In this document: in pieces, positions 1-7,643 of the stretch | Position numbering within the stretch: position 1 is the first letter of the stretch | Layout: every line of letters begins with the position of its first letter | IMG/VR virus record: IMGVR_UViG_3300045988_132551 | Source of the DNA: a virus | Reading direction: 5' to 3' (one strand) | DNA: 47,600 nucleotides | Notes under the pieces: generated by a model | Database searches by the model: none | The model's input: the letters and a program-made list of their open reading frames with translations, nothing else | Told to the model about the DNA's origin: nothing | Made by a program: the position numbers and the translations under genes

Positions 1-99
1 AGCTCCTTTTATAGTTTTTATAAGAGATGTTGTTTTAGACGTGCAGCTGTGATATATTATAAGTATAAAAGACGTTCAGTCGTACTTAATTTTAGAAAG
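1..99. repeat. terminal direct repeat, copy 1 (identical to 47502..47600); circular-closure overlap of the contig
   Basis: The string agctccttttatagtttttataagagatg...ttttagaaag is read at both ends of the window. Confidence 0.95.
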
Positions 100-108
100 T
101 ATATTGCT

Positions 109-504
109 ATGGAACTTGATACTAATAATCATTCAGTGTTCATGCTTAATTATCATTTAATTATGTGTGTCAAATACAGGAATAATGTTATTGATGATGC
201 GATCTCATTACGGCTTAAAGAGATATTTAAAAACATATGCCTTAATTATAATATTTCGTTGGAAGAATGGAATCACGATAAAGACCATGTTCATGTACTG
301 TTCAGAGGACAGCCTAATAGTGAGATTTCTAAATTTATCAATGCTTATAAATCAGCAAGCAGTAGACTTATAAAAAAAGAATATCCAGAAATCAAGAAAC
401 ATTTATGGAAGGATATGTTCTGGTCACAAAGCTATTGTTTGATATCTACAGGTGGGGTGACCGTAGATATTATTAAGGAATATATTCAAACGCAAGGAAG
501 GTAA
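109..504 (+). CDS. tnpA: IS200/IS605 Y1 (HUH) transposase TnpA
   Basis: HUH motif in DHVHVLF, C-terminal SQSYCLISTGG (catalytic Tyr region), size about 130 aa. ORF 49..504 trimmed to the ATG at 109. Confidence 0.9.
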   Translation: MELDTNNHSVFMLNYHLIMCVKYRNNVIDDAISLRLKEIFKNICLNYNISLEEWNHDKDHVHVLFRGQPNSEISKFINAYKSASSRLIKKEYPEIKKHLWKDMFWSQSYCLISTGGVTVDIIKEYIQTQGR

Positions 505-509
505 AATAT

Positions 510-1661
510 ATGTCAAAAGCAAACAAAAGTAACAAGGCAATTAAATATAGACTCTATCCAAATGATGAACAAAAAGTCATGTTTGCAAAAACTTTTGGTT
601 GCTGTCGTTTTGTCTATAACCAATTACTTGCCCTGCAAAAACAAAGATACAAAGATGGAGAATCCCATCTTTCTAAGCTTAAATCAAATGAGTTCGCTAC
701 TCGTACATTAAAAAAAGATTATGATTTTCTCAAAGAAATAGATAAATTTGCTGTTTCAAATGCCGTTTTTCATTTAGCAGACGCCTATGACAGATTTTTT
801 AAAAAACAAAATCATTTTCCTAAATTCAAAAGCAAAAGAAAATCTAAAAAGTCGTATACAACAAATTTTACAAACAACAATATTCTTATTGGTAAAAATG
901 TCATAAAGCTTCCTAAAGTTGGAATGGTCAAAGCTGTTATTCATAAGTTGCCTAAAGATGATTGGAAGCTTAAATCTGTTACTGTCTCTCAAGATAGTGT
1001 CGGTAACTATTTTGCTTCCGTTCTTTTTGAATATGAACAGGAAGACATTCCATCTGTTTCCAAATCAAGTACAAATGCTATTGGACTTGACTATAAATCC
1101 GATGGACTTTATATGGACAGTAATGGGAATAAAGCAGGAGTTCATAAATACTATCGAGAAAGTCATAAGAAGCTTGCTAAAGAACAAAGAAGACTTTTAC
1201 GAAAAGCGGGTTCTAAAAAGAATGAAACAAAATCAAGCAACTGTTTTAAACAAATGAGAAAAGTAAACAGAATCTATAGAAAAATAGCGAATCAACGTCT
1301 CGACAGTCTTCATAAGAAATCTACTGAGATAGCCAATCAGTATGATATCGTATGTGTCGAAGACTTAGATATGAAAGCTATTGGAAATAAAGGTTTTGGC
1401 AATGGAAAAGCGACCTTTGACAACGGTTATGGAATGTTTCTTAATATGCTTGAGTACAAGCTTAAAGAAAGAGGTAAATATTTTGTAAAAGTTGACAAGT
1501 GGTACCCTTCTAGCCAAATCTGTCATTGCTGTGGAAGTGTAAAAAAACTCGACCTAAAAGACCGAGTTTATACATGTGATTGTGGTTATACTGGAGACAG
1601 AGACCATAATGCAGCAATCAATATACTTACAGAAGGATTGAGGATTCTTCAGTCCTTATAG
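510..1661 (+). CDS. tnpB: TnpB (IS605 OrfB-family RNA-guided nuclease)
   Basis: N-terminal KYRLYPNDEQ signature, RuvC-like VCVEDLDMK, zinc ribbon CHCCG..CDCG, C-terminal DRDHNAAINI. SD aaggaagg lies upstream. Confidence 0.9.
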   Translation: MSKANKSNKAIKYRLYPNDEQKVMFAKTFGCCRFVYNQLLALQKQRYKDGESHLSKLKSNEFATRTLKKDYDFLKEIDKFAVSNAVFHLADAYDRFFKKQNHFPKFKSKRKSKKSYTTNFTNNNILIGKNVIKLPKVGMVKAVIHKLPKDDWKLKSVTVSQDSVGNYFASVLFEYEQEDIPSVSKSSTNAIGLDYKSDGLYMDSNGNKAGVHKYYRESHKKLAKEQRRLLRKAGSKKNETKSSNCFKQMRKVNRIYRKIANQRLDSLHKKSTEIANQYDIVCVEDLDMKAIGNKGFGNGKATFDNGYGMFLNMLEYKLKERGKYFVKVDKWYPSSQICHCCGSVKKLDLKDRVYTCDCGYTGDRDHNAAINILTEGLRILQSL

Positions 1662-1831
1662 ATAAATTATAAAAGTAGGCTTGGGACGAGCCAAACTTAT
1701 ACGCTTGTGGACACTGTGTAAGACCTATAATGTATTGTCATTAGAGGCTGTAGTGGTTGAAGCAAGAAGCTCCGACTTCTAAACGAAGTGTAAGTCGGAG
1801 TAGTTCACATATTATATCGGACATGGTTATC
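1600..1831 (+). ncRNA. putative TnpB omega/right-end RNA (scaffold from the tnpB 3' end and RE, plus a 16-nt guide 1816-1831 outside the element)
   Basis: Placement follows the known architecture of TnpB systems. The structured RE (hairpin 1770-1800) is read in the sequence. The 5' end is not determinable by eye. Confidence 0.4.
1770..1800 (+). other. IS right-end subterminal hairpin
   Basis: ctccgactt / aagtcggag, a perfect 9 bp. Loop ctaaacgaagtgt. Confidence 0.8.
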
Positions 1832-2031
1832 GATATATTGCTAGAGATAAGGATGAATTATTATTTGCTTGTGATATAAAACCACGTAAAATACAAGATA
1901 GATGGGATGTAATCGAAAGGGTAAAAAAAATTAACTTTAATGATTTATTTTCATTTATTAAATGGGAAGATAAAGAACCCTATCCTATCACATATATCTT
2001 GGATAATTGTGAGGTAGATGAAAATGTGTAA
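1816..2031 (+). pseudogene. C-terminal fragment of the IS-interrupted paralog-family gene
   Basis: The frame reads IGHGYRYIARDKDELLFACDIKPRKIQDRWDVIERVKKINFNDLFSFIKWEDKEPYPITYILDNCEVDENV*. This matches the C-terminal domain of the paralogs (..YICRD.., ..WE..P..I.D.L.NCE.VE..). Confidence 0.75.
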
Positions 2032-2098
2032 GAGTCACTTGTCATGTAGATATGGAATAATGTTAGATTATAAAATTATTAAAGAAGGAGAGAGAAAG

Positions 2099-2587
2099 AT
2101 GAAATATGAATTAAAAAATCCAGGTAAAAGCTGGTGGGTTAAAGGAATGGTTGTTGAAGGAGAAATTGATGGAAGAACTAAAATTTTAGAAGTCGACAGT
2201 ATTGATATTTGTAGATTGAACAAAGACATTATGACTAAAGAACAAATCATTGAATGTATGAAATATCCTAAATGTGGGTTTGGCAAAGACTATTTAAAGG
2301 AAATAAAACCTACTTTTACAATGCTAGAAAAATTACTTCTAGAACATCAATTAGAAATGGGGTACAAATATATTACACGTGATGCAACAGAAAATAGATT
2401 GAATTTTTTCAAAAATAAACCTGTATTTAATGGGGGTGCATGGTTTGGTAAAAATGAAGTTTACTACCCTGTTTTCGATATGTACCTTAAAGAGTTATAT
2501 CCTTTTGTTTCTTATGAGAATGAAGAACCTACTTTAATTCAAGATATTTTAGATAGATATGAGGTGATTGAAAATGAAAAAATTTAA
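2099..2587 (+). CDS. hypothetical protein, paralog family member 2
   Basis: SD gaaggagag precedes the ATG at 2099. Similar to 2574..3065 and to the split gene. Confidence 0.75.
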   Translation: MKYELKNPGKSWWVKGMVVEGEIDGRTKILEVDSIDICRLNKDIMTKEQIIECMKYPKCGFGKDYLKEIKPTFTMLEKLLLEHQLEMGYKYITRDATENRLNFFKNKPVFNGGAWFGKNEVYYPVFDMYLKELYPFVSYENEEPTLIQDILDRYEVIENEKI

Positions 2588-3065
2588 GTTAAAAGTTCCT
2601 AGATACACTTTCGACCATAAAGGTATGATTATTAGAGGAAAACTTCGTGATTGTGAACATATGGTAGATGTGCACGCTGGAGATTTATGCGATGATAATA
2701 TGGATATTATGAGTAAAGAGAACATCAGACAATGTATGATAAAAGGAGATGATTTTACATGGAGATATGAATTAGACGAATTAGAGTTTTTAGAGCCGAT
2801 TAAACTGACTCGTTTAGATTATGAAATGCTCAAATTTGTTCAAAAACAAGGTGCAAAATATATATGTAGAGACCAGAGCGGTCTTTTAAATTTATATGAA
2901 GAAGAGCCTCGTATTATGGGAGATGAGCCTACATGGTGGGCAGGAGGTGAATATTCTTATTTAAGTACTTTTACAAAGCAATTATTCCAATTCGTGACTT
3001 GGGAAAGTCGAAAATATTATATTATTGAAGATGTTTTAGAAAATTGTGAAATCGTGGAGGATTGA
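2574..3065 (+). CDS. hypothetical protein, paralog family member 3
   Basis: SD gaggtg lies 7 nt before the ATG at 2574. C-terminus ..WESRKYYIIEDVLENCEIVED. Confidence 0.75.
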   Translation: MKKFKLKVPRYTFDHKGMIIRGKLRDCEHMVDVHAGDLCDDNMDIMSKENIRQCMIKGDDFTWRYELDELEFLEPIKLTRLDYEMLKFVQKQGAKYICRDQSGLLNLYEEEPRIMGDEPTWWAGGEYSYLSTFTKQLFQFVTWESRKYYIIEDVLENCEIVED

Positions 3066-3070
3066 CAGAA

Positions 3071-3472
3071 ATGAAATATAGAGTCAAAGGAACGAACATC
3101 ACTATTGCTCGTTATGATTATGATGAACATAATGTAAATATAATATTAGTGAGTCCCAAACACTTATTAATCCGTAACTATGAGAACTTAACTAGTAAAC
3201 AGAGAGTGTATTATAACTCCATGGTCTATATGGGTAACAAAGTACCTTTCTCTTTAGATGATTTAGAGCCTTATGAAGAAGTTTTAATCAGTCATAATGC
3301 CAAAGTGTGTATAGTCTATGTTTTGTCCATCATATTGATTATTTCAGCCTTTATGTGGGCAATGGATTTATGTTATAACGTTAACTTATTTCTACCGTTG
3401 TTTGTGACTATATTATTTACATTAATCGTTATCATTGCAACGTGTCTAGCACTATGCGAATTGGAATTATGA
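3071..3472 (+). CDS. membrane protein (two C-terminal TM helices)
   Basis: SD gtggagga lies upstream of the ATG at 3071. Hydrophobic C-terminal half. Confidence 0.65.
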   Translation: MKYRVKGTNITIARYDYDEHNVNIILVSPKHLLIRNYENLTSKQRVYYNSMVYMGNKVPFSLDDLEPYEEVLISHNAKVCIVYVLSIILIISAFMWAMDLCYNVNLFLPLFVTILFTLIVIIATCLALCELEL

Positions 3473-3720
3473 TGAAAACACTAATGAGTTATACAATCAT
3501 TCTGGCATTTGACATACTAGTGTTTTATCTTTTGAGAGGTGGATTAGTCGTTTTCCAATATCTCAATAGAAAATGGAAAGGCAAACTCAATGAACAATAT
3601 ACAATGTATGCGATTACCAAATTGATTACATTGTTTGACCAACTTTTCAGTATCGAAATCATCATGCTGTTTATATTCATTGCTTTAGGCACTATAGAAA
3701 CGTTATTAAATGGATTTTAG
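3469..3720 (+). CDS. small membrane protein
   Basis: ATGA start/stop overlap with the preceding gene. Two or three hydrophobic segments. Confidence 0.6.
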   Translation: MMKTLMSYTIILAFDILVFYLLRGGLVVFQYLNRKWKGKLNEQYTMYAITKLITLFDQLFSIEIIMLFIFIALGTIETLLNGF

Positions 3721-3745
3721 AGTACCATATCGGTACTCTTTTTTA
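3719..3745 (+). terminator. rho-independent terminator
   Basis: gagtacc-atatc-ggtactc stem-loop followed by tttttt. Confidence 0.8.
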
Positions 3746-4160
3746 TGTCTTGGTGTTACGTCATATGTCCATGACGGTAGAATTTTTGTCCTGTCTTGCT
3801 CCTGTCTTATTTTGATGTCTTGCTGTCATAGTCTTTAGACATTGCTAGTAAGATATAGTTATGTACAGTTGACTATAGATACATATAGTTATGTTAAGAA
3901 ATGTTAAGAAATGTTAAGAGACTAGCACAGGAACAAGACGGTTATTAGCACATGAGTCTATACGTCCTGTCTCGCTTGAAACCATTGGTATATATAGACT
4001 TTTTTATATTACTAGACTATAAGACATCTTTTTATATATCTAAATAAATAATAAAATAATATATATAATATATAGTAAAGTATACAGTATAAAATGTAAT
4101 ATATTTTTTATAATATATAAAAGAGGTACTGTCTCCTGTCTTATCGTCTAGTCTTGTGAT
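3746..4160. repeat. non-coding repeat-dense block upstream of terS (candidate cos/pac or origin)
   Basis: Contains at least six CCTGTCT(T)/GTCTTG motifs, AGAC-containing motifs in both orientations, a 12-nt direct repeat atatagttatgt (3852 and 3883) and an almost pure A/T stretch at about 4030-4115. No ORF. Confidence 0.5.
3891..3920. repeat. 3 x 10-nt tandem repeat atgttaaga(a/g)
   Basis: Read directly. Confidence 0.95.
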
Positions 4161-4209
4161 TTTTAAAATTGAATGTTAGAATAGTGAAGAACAAGAAAGG
4201 AGTGTTAAT

Positions 4210-5091
4210 ATGGCAGGAGATAAATTCCATAGAAACGCTTTGAAACCTCAAAATATGGATTATGAAGAAAGAGTTAATAATATGAAAAATAATAAGAAAG
4301 GACACAATGGATTGATAACAAACAAAATATTTCCAGATGGAGATTTAAGTTTGAGCAATTCAATCAAACTTATGGAACATGGAAATACATTTGAACAACG
4401 CAATGGTAGACCATTAAGTTATGCTAGTGTAGATAGTTTTGATAGAGAAGTATTCGATTTTGCTAAATTTTGTGATGAAAACAAGGTGACACCAACGAGA
4501 CCTGCTATGGCATTATGGTTAGGGGTTACTTCTAACACTATAGCAAGGTGGAAGGAAGACAACACTAACCCATTCTCGACATCTATTAAAAAAGCCGAAG
4601 AATTATTCCATCAATTCATACTTGAAAAGACCATGCAAGGCTCAATCAATACGCTTTTATACTTCTTTTTAGGTAAGAACTGGTTTGGTATGCAAGACAA
4701 GACAGAAGTAGTCCATAAGTCGTCGTCAAACGTGATAGACTTGGATGAACAAGAAAGAATTATCAATTCTACACCTGGAATAGTCATAGACGCTGAATTT
4801 AAGCCCGTAGAGAGCGAAAAGCCAAAGGTAGGTGTAATTGATACCCCAAACGTAAACAACGCTCAAATCGAAAAAAATGAGGCTTCTAGAGGACTTGCAG
4901 ACTTACAGACTTCGAGGGGTGTAGACTTAGAGGACTTTGCAGACTTACTCGCAGGTGAAGACTTGCAGACTTTGAGCGACCATGTAGACTTGCGGACTTG
5001 CGGACTTGCGGACTTTGACCCCCACCCCCCTGCAGACTTACAGACACACACAAAAATCCCACCAGACACAGGGTGGGATGACGATTTATAA
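4210..5091 (+). CDS. terS: terminase small subunit (gp3/Terminase_2-like HTH core) with a repeat-encoded C-terminal tail
   Basis: PTRPAMALWLGVTSNTIARW..(helix)..LLYFFLGKNWFGMQDKTEV matches the conserved terS pattern P..gLa..LGvs..T...W....F.LkN.fGw.Dk.E. SD aaaggag. Confidence 0.7.
   Translation: MAGDKFHRNALKPQNMDYEERVNNMKNNKKGHNGLITNKIFPDGDLSLSNSIKLMEHGNTFEQRNGRPLSYASVDSFDREVFDFAKFCDENKVTPTRPAMALWLGVTSNTIARWKEDNTNPFSTSIKKAEELFHQFILEKTMQGSINTLLYFFLGKNWFGMQDKTEVVHKSSSNVIDLDEQERIINSTPGIVIDAEFKPVESEKPKVGVIDTPNVNNAQIEKNEASRGLADLQTSRGVDLEDFADLLAGEDLQTLSDHVDLRTCGLADFDPHPPADLQTHTKIPPDTGWDDDL
4891..5045. repeat. array of about 13 RGACTT-containing octamers inside the terS 3' end
   Basis: ggacttgc, agacttac, agacttcg, tagactta, ggactttg, agacttac, agacttgc, agactttg, tagacttgc, 3x ggacttgc/ggactttg in tandem, gcagactta. 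The region is locally GC-rich. Confidence 0.9.
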
Positions 5092-5140
5092 ATTATTATC
5101 AGTATGAGAAAATTTTATTATCATGAGAAAAGAGCGTACA

Positions 5141-5365
5141 TTAGTACGCTTTATCTACTCTCACAAGGGGCATGAGGTTGTACAAGTCGTCCTCGTAGTA
5201 CCACAAGAATTTTTGACCTTCAAATTTCAAGCACCCCATTTTGCATGGCGATGTTGCAATGATTTTCGGTGGCTTTCGTTTGTGCTCTTTGCAATAGGTG
5301 ACCATTTTTCTATAGTCACCTTGTGTATTTTGTATCATTTTTTTTACAAATTTATGTTTATCCAT
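5141..5365 (-). CDS. hypothetical protein (opposite-strand cassette, gene 2)
   Basis: Starts 3 nt after the stop of 5369..5590. The overlapping plus ORF 5123..5395 has no SD. Confidence 0.55.
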   Translation of the reverse strand: MDKHKFVKKMIQNTQGDYRKMVTYCKEHKRKPPKIIATSPCKMGCLKFEGQKFLWYYEDDLYNLMPLVRVDKAY

Positions 5366-5368
5366 TTT

Positions 5369-5590
5369 TTAGTCCTCTACAATTTTAGCTTTTAATTCAA
5401 TGTATAAATCATTACCGTCTATAAAACTATGATTGATATATAAATTCATCAAATCTAAAGTGGCTACGTTATATAAATTTTGTTTAGGAACTGCGCTCAT
5501 AATGAAGAAATCTCCTATATACAAATTGATATATTTGTATTCTCCTTTTATAGCATTTGGATTTTCGGCTAATGTTTTCAATTTAATCAT
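5369..5590 (-). CDS. hypothetical protein (opposite-strand cassette, gene 1)
   Basis: Strong initiation region AAAGAAAGGAAAATATAAAAATG on the minus strand. Confidence 0.65.
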   Translation of the reverse strand: MIKLKTLAENPNAIKGEYKYINLYIGDFFIMSAVPKQNLYNVATLDLMNLYINHSFIDGNDLYIELKAKIVED

Positions 5591-5611
5591 TTTTATATTT
5601 TCCTTTCTTTA
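5587..5611. repeat. 25-nt inverted repeat arm (partner 5764..5788) covering SD + start codon
   Basis: tcatttttatattttcctttcttta is the reverse complement of taaagaaaggaaaatataaaaatga. Confidence 0.9.
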
Positions 5612-5709
5612 ACTTCATATATAGTATATATCTTTTTTCTTTATTTGTCTAGTGTTTTCAGTAAATTAATTGATTTTTTTATTTTTTACATTAAATTGCT
5701 AAAAATGTC

Positions 5710-5738
5710 TTTACTTTACTGTTTATTAGTGATAATAT
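5710..5738 (+). promoter_or_regulatory. sigma70-type promoter TTTACT-N17-TAATAT preceded by AAAATGTC
   Basis: Hexamers and spacing read directly. A 17-mer aaaatgtctttacttta is shared with the early promoter at 46643-46659 (minus). Confidence 0.5.
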
Positions 5739-5763
5739 AATAGACGAGGAAAGGGCAACCCCC

Positions 5764-5788
5764 TAAAGAAAGGAAAATATAAAAATGA
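5764..5788. repeat. 25-nt inverted repeat arm (partner 5587..5611)
   Basis: Read directly. Confidence 0.9.
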
Positions 5789-6105
5789 AAGTTAGAAATT
5801 TAGAAGGTCAAAGCGGTAGAGCAGTAGTAAATCAATTTGTAATAGAAGACGATAATAGAAAGGTATTCCAATCATACGATAGCACCATTGTAGAAGTAAA
5901 ATGGCACGCTGATTTTTGTAAAGTGAATATCGGCTATGATTGGGATTATTCAAGAACTACAAGTAAGTATTTTAAAATATTCTTGACGGATGAGGTCGGA
6001 TTTACTGATAAAGAAGTAGAACAAATCAAGAAAGAATTGAGAAAAGGACACGATTATATCGTTATCGGTCGCTTTATCATTCATTATTGTGAGGGTATGC
6101 GATAA
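5785..6105 (+). CDS. hypothetical protein
   Basis: Strong SD/ATG. 106-aa ORF. Confidence 0.7.
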   Translation: MKVRNLEGQSGRAVVNQFVIEDDNRKVFQSYDSTIVEVKWHADFCKVNIGYDWDYSRTTSKYFKIFLTDEVGFTDKEVEQIKKELRKGHDYIVIGRFIIHYCEGMR

Positions 6106-6194
6106 TGATAAGAAAAGCATTATATTATATAGGTGTATTCCTATATGGTTTATTTAAAGGTTTGTTAGAAAGGAAATAGAAAGGAAATAGAAAA

Positions 6195-6290
6195 ATGAAG
6201 AAAAGAACATTAGTCGTACCGAATACGAACGATACAATTATAGCTTATGATGTCGATAATACTTACAGTATTATTATAGAATTTGCTTAA
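6195..6290 (+). CDS. small hypothetical protein (31 aa)
   Basis: ATG preceded by gaaaggaaatag; a terminator follows directly. Below the ORF-track cut-off. Confidence 0.3.
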   Translation: MKKRTLVVPNTNDTIIAYDVDNTYSIIIEFA

Positions 6291-6291
6291 T

Positions 6292-6316
6292 AACCTCAAT
6301 CGAGGTTATTTTTTTA
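6292..6316 (+). terminator. rho-independent terminator
   Basis: aacctc-aatc-gaggtt followed by attttttta. Confidence 0.75.
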
Positions 6317-6444
6317 TCTGGAAGTGATAAAGATTTTTTAGGTTGAGAATATTACTACGGGGTACCCCTATTCTGTCAGATACCCACCCTCGTTCTTTTT
6401 AACCGTCTCACCAAGTACAGTAATTTTTATTCCCCTACAACATA

Positions 6445-6473
6445 TTGTAATACCCACCATAATGTGATATAAT
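6445..6473 (+). promoter_or_regulatory. sigma70-type promoter TTGTAA-N17-TATAAT with extended -10 TG
   Basis: Read directly upstream of 6499. Confidence 0.55.
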
Positions 6474-6498
6474 AAACAAAAAAAAAGGAGGAATGATT

Positions 6499-7590
6499 AT
6501 GAAAAATCAAAATGCGATAGGAGAAAAATACAACCATTGGACAGTTATTGATGTAGTGATGAATGAAAAAAGACATGAATATGAATGGATATGTATGTGC
6601 GATTGTGGAAATATAGTTCAACAAAGAACATACAATGTAAAGAGTGGAAAATCAAAACAATGTAGAGAATGTTCTAGTAAAAATAAAGTCTCAAAAAATC
6701 CCAAAAAATTAAAAAGGGAAAACACTAGTATTTCATATATAGGTAAGCAATATGGGGAATTGATAGTAGAGGACGATTATTATGATAAAAAATTGAAATG
6801 TAGGATTTTCAAATGTAAATGTAGTTGTGGACAAACTAGATTGGCTAAAAGATATAAAGTCCTAAACGGAGAAATAACTCATTGTACTTCTAAAATTCAT
6901 AGGCTATCAAATAATAATACTAAATATATAGGATATAAAAGTGGTGATTTGACAGTTAAATCTTTTGTATATGATGAAAATTTACAAATGATAAAGTGGG
7001 TGTGTGAATGTTCGTGTGGAAAAACTAGAGAGGTTATACCTTATTTTATCAAACATAATTTAGCAACCGCTTGTATAGAATGTACTAATGAAAAGATAAG
7101 ATTACAAAACAAAGAAAATAATAAAACTCACGGCTTATCAAATGAAAGATTGTATAAAACATGGAGTGGAATGAAAGCAAGATGCTACAATCCTAAAAAT
7201 GAAAGTTACAAAAATTATGGAGGTCGAGGTATAAGTATTTGCGAAGAATGGAAAAATGATTTTTTACCATTTTATAATTGGGCAATGGATAATGGCTATG
7301 AAGATTATCTTACTATAGATAGGATAAACAACGATGGAAATTATGAACCTAATAATTGTAGATGGGCAACATACAAACAACAAGCTAACAATAAAAGAAA
7401 TCCAACTCCAAAATTATATTTAACCATTGATGGAGTTAAAAAACCTATAATAGAATGGGCGAAAGAGTCTGAATTTACAACTCCTGCTATAATGTATCGT
7501 TTAAATACCAAACATATGAGCGGAAAAGAAGCCGTGTTTGGTGAAAGAAAAGCTTATCAAAATTATGTAAAATGGGGAGAAGATTTATAA
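6499..7590 (+). CDS. HNH_3-like / homing-endonuclease-like DNA-binding protein with three N-terminal Cys-rich modules
   Basis: C-terminus THGLS..LYKTWSGMKARCYNPKN.SYKNYGGRGISICEEW..F..W..DNGY...LTIDRINNDGNYEPNNCRWAT..QQANNKR, a recurrent phage motif. The N-terminus carries three repeats of the type W(I/V)C.C.CG....C.EC. Confidence 0.45.
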   Translation: MKNQNAIGEKYNHWTVIDVVMNEKRHEYEWICMCDCGNIVQQRTYNVKSGKSKQCRECSSKNKVSKNPKKLKRENTSISYIGKQYGELIVEDDYYDKKLKCRIFKCKCSCGQTRLAKRYKVLNGEITHCTSKIHRLSNNNTKYIGYKSGDLTVKSFVYDENLQMIKWVCECSCGKTREVIPYFIKHNLATACIECTNEKIRLQNKENNKTHGLSNERLYKTWSGMKARCYNPKNESYKNYGGRGISICEEWKNDFLPFYNWAMDNGYEDYLTIDRINNDGNYEPNNCRWATYKQQANNKRNPTPKLYLTIDGVKKPIIEWAKESEFTTPAIMYRLNTKHMSGKEAVFGERKAYQNYVKWGEDL

Positions 7591-7608
7591 AATATTTTAC
7601 AAAAACTG

Positions 7609-7637
7609 TTGACATTCACTCTACGACATGGTAATAT
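7609..7637 (+). promoter_or_regulatory. strong sigma70-type promoter TTGACA-N17-TAATAT
   Basis: Consensus -35, 17-nt spacer ending ATGG, as at 10654 and 43335(-). Confidence 0.65.
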
Positions 7638-7643
7638 ATACTC

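Larger units (their letters stand above)
1..1815 (+). mobile_element. IS200/IS605-family element (tnpA, tnpB, right-end hairpin); whole element about 1.86 kb = 47457..47501 + 1..1815
   Basis: Y1 transposase and TnpB genes lie in tandem. A 9-bp right-end hairpin sits at 1770-1800, and the interrupted host gene resumes in frame at 1816. No terminal inverted repeats, as expected for this family. Confidence 0.8.

Noticed and set aside
167-1257. Internal alternative-frame ORFs 167..373 and 919..1257 within tnpA/tnpB
   Set aside because: They are nested out of frame within genes that have complete TnpA/TnpB motifs.
3891-3920. Tandem atgttaagaa x3 and neighbouring direct repeats as a mini-CRISPR array
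   Set aside because: The repeats are 10-12 nt and contiguous, with no spacers. There is no leader or cas context.
4863-5069. Minus-strand ORF (68 aa), and 4611..4859 (82 aa), inside terS
   Set aside because: They are antisense to a well-supported terS gene. The first is a by-product of the RGACTT repeat array (a repetitive KS/AS peptide). Neither has an SD.
5123-5395. Plus-strand ORF of 90 aa overlapping the two minus-strand cassette genes
   Set aside because: No SD. The minus-strand ORFs have a strong initiation cassette and tight coupling. Its sequence is hydrophobic and low-complexity, typical of antisense AT-rich DNA.
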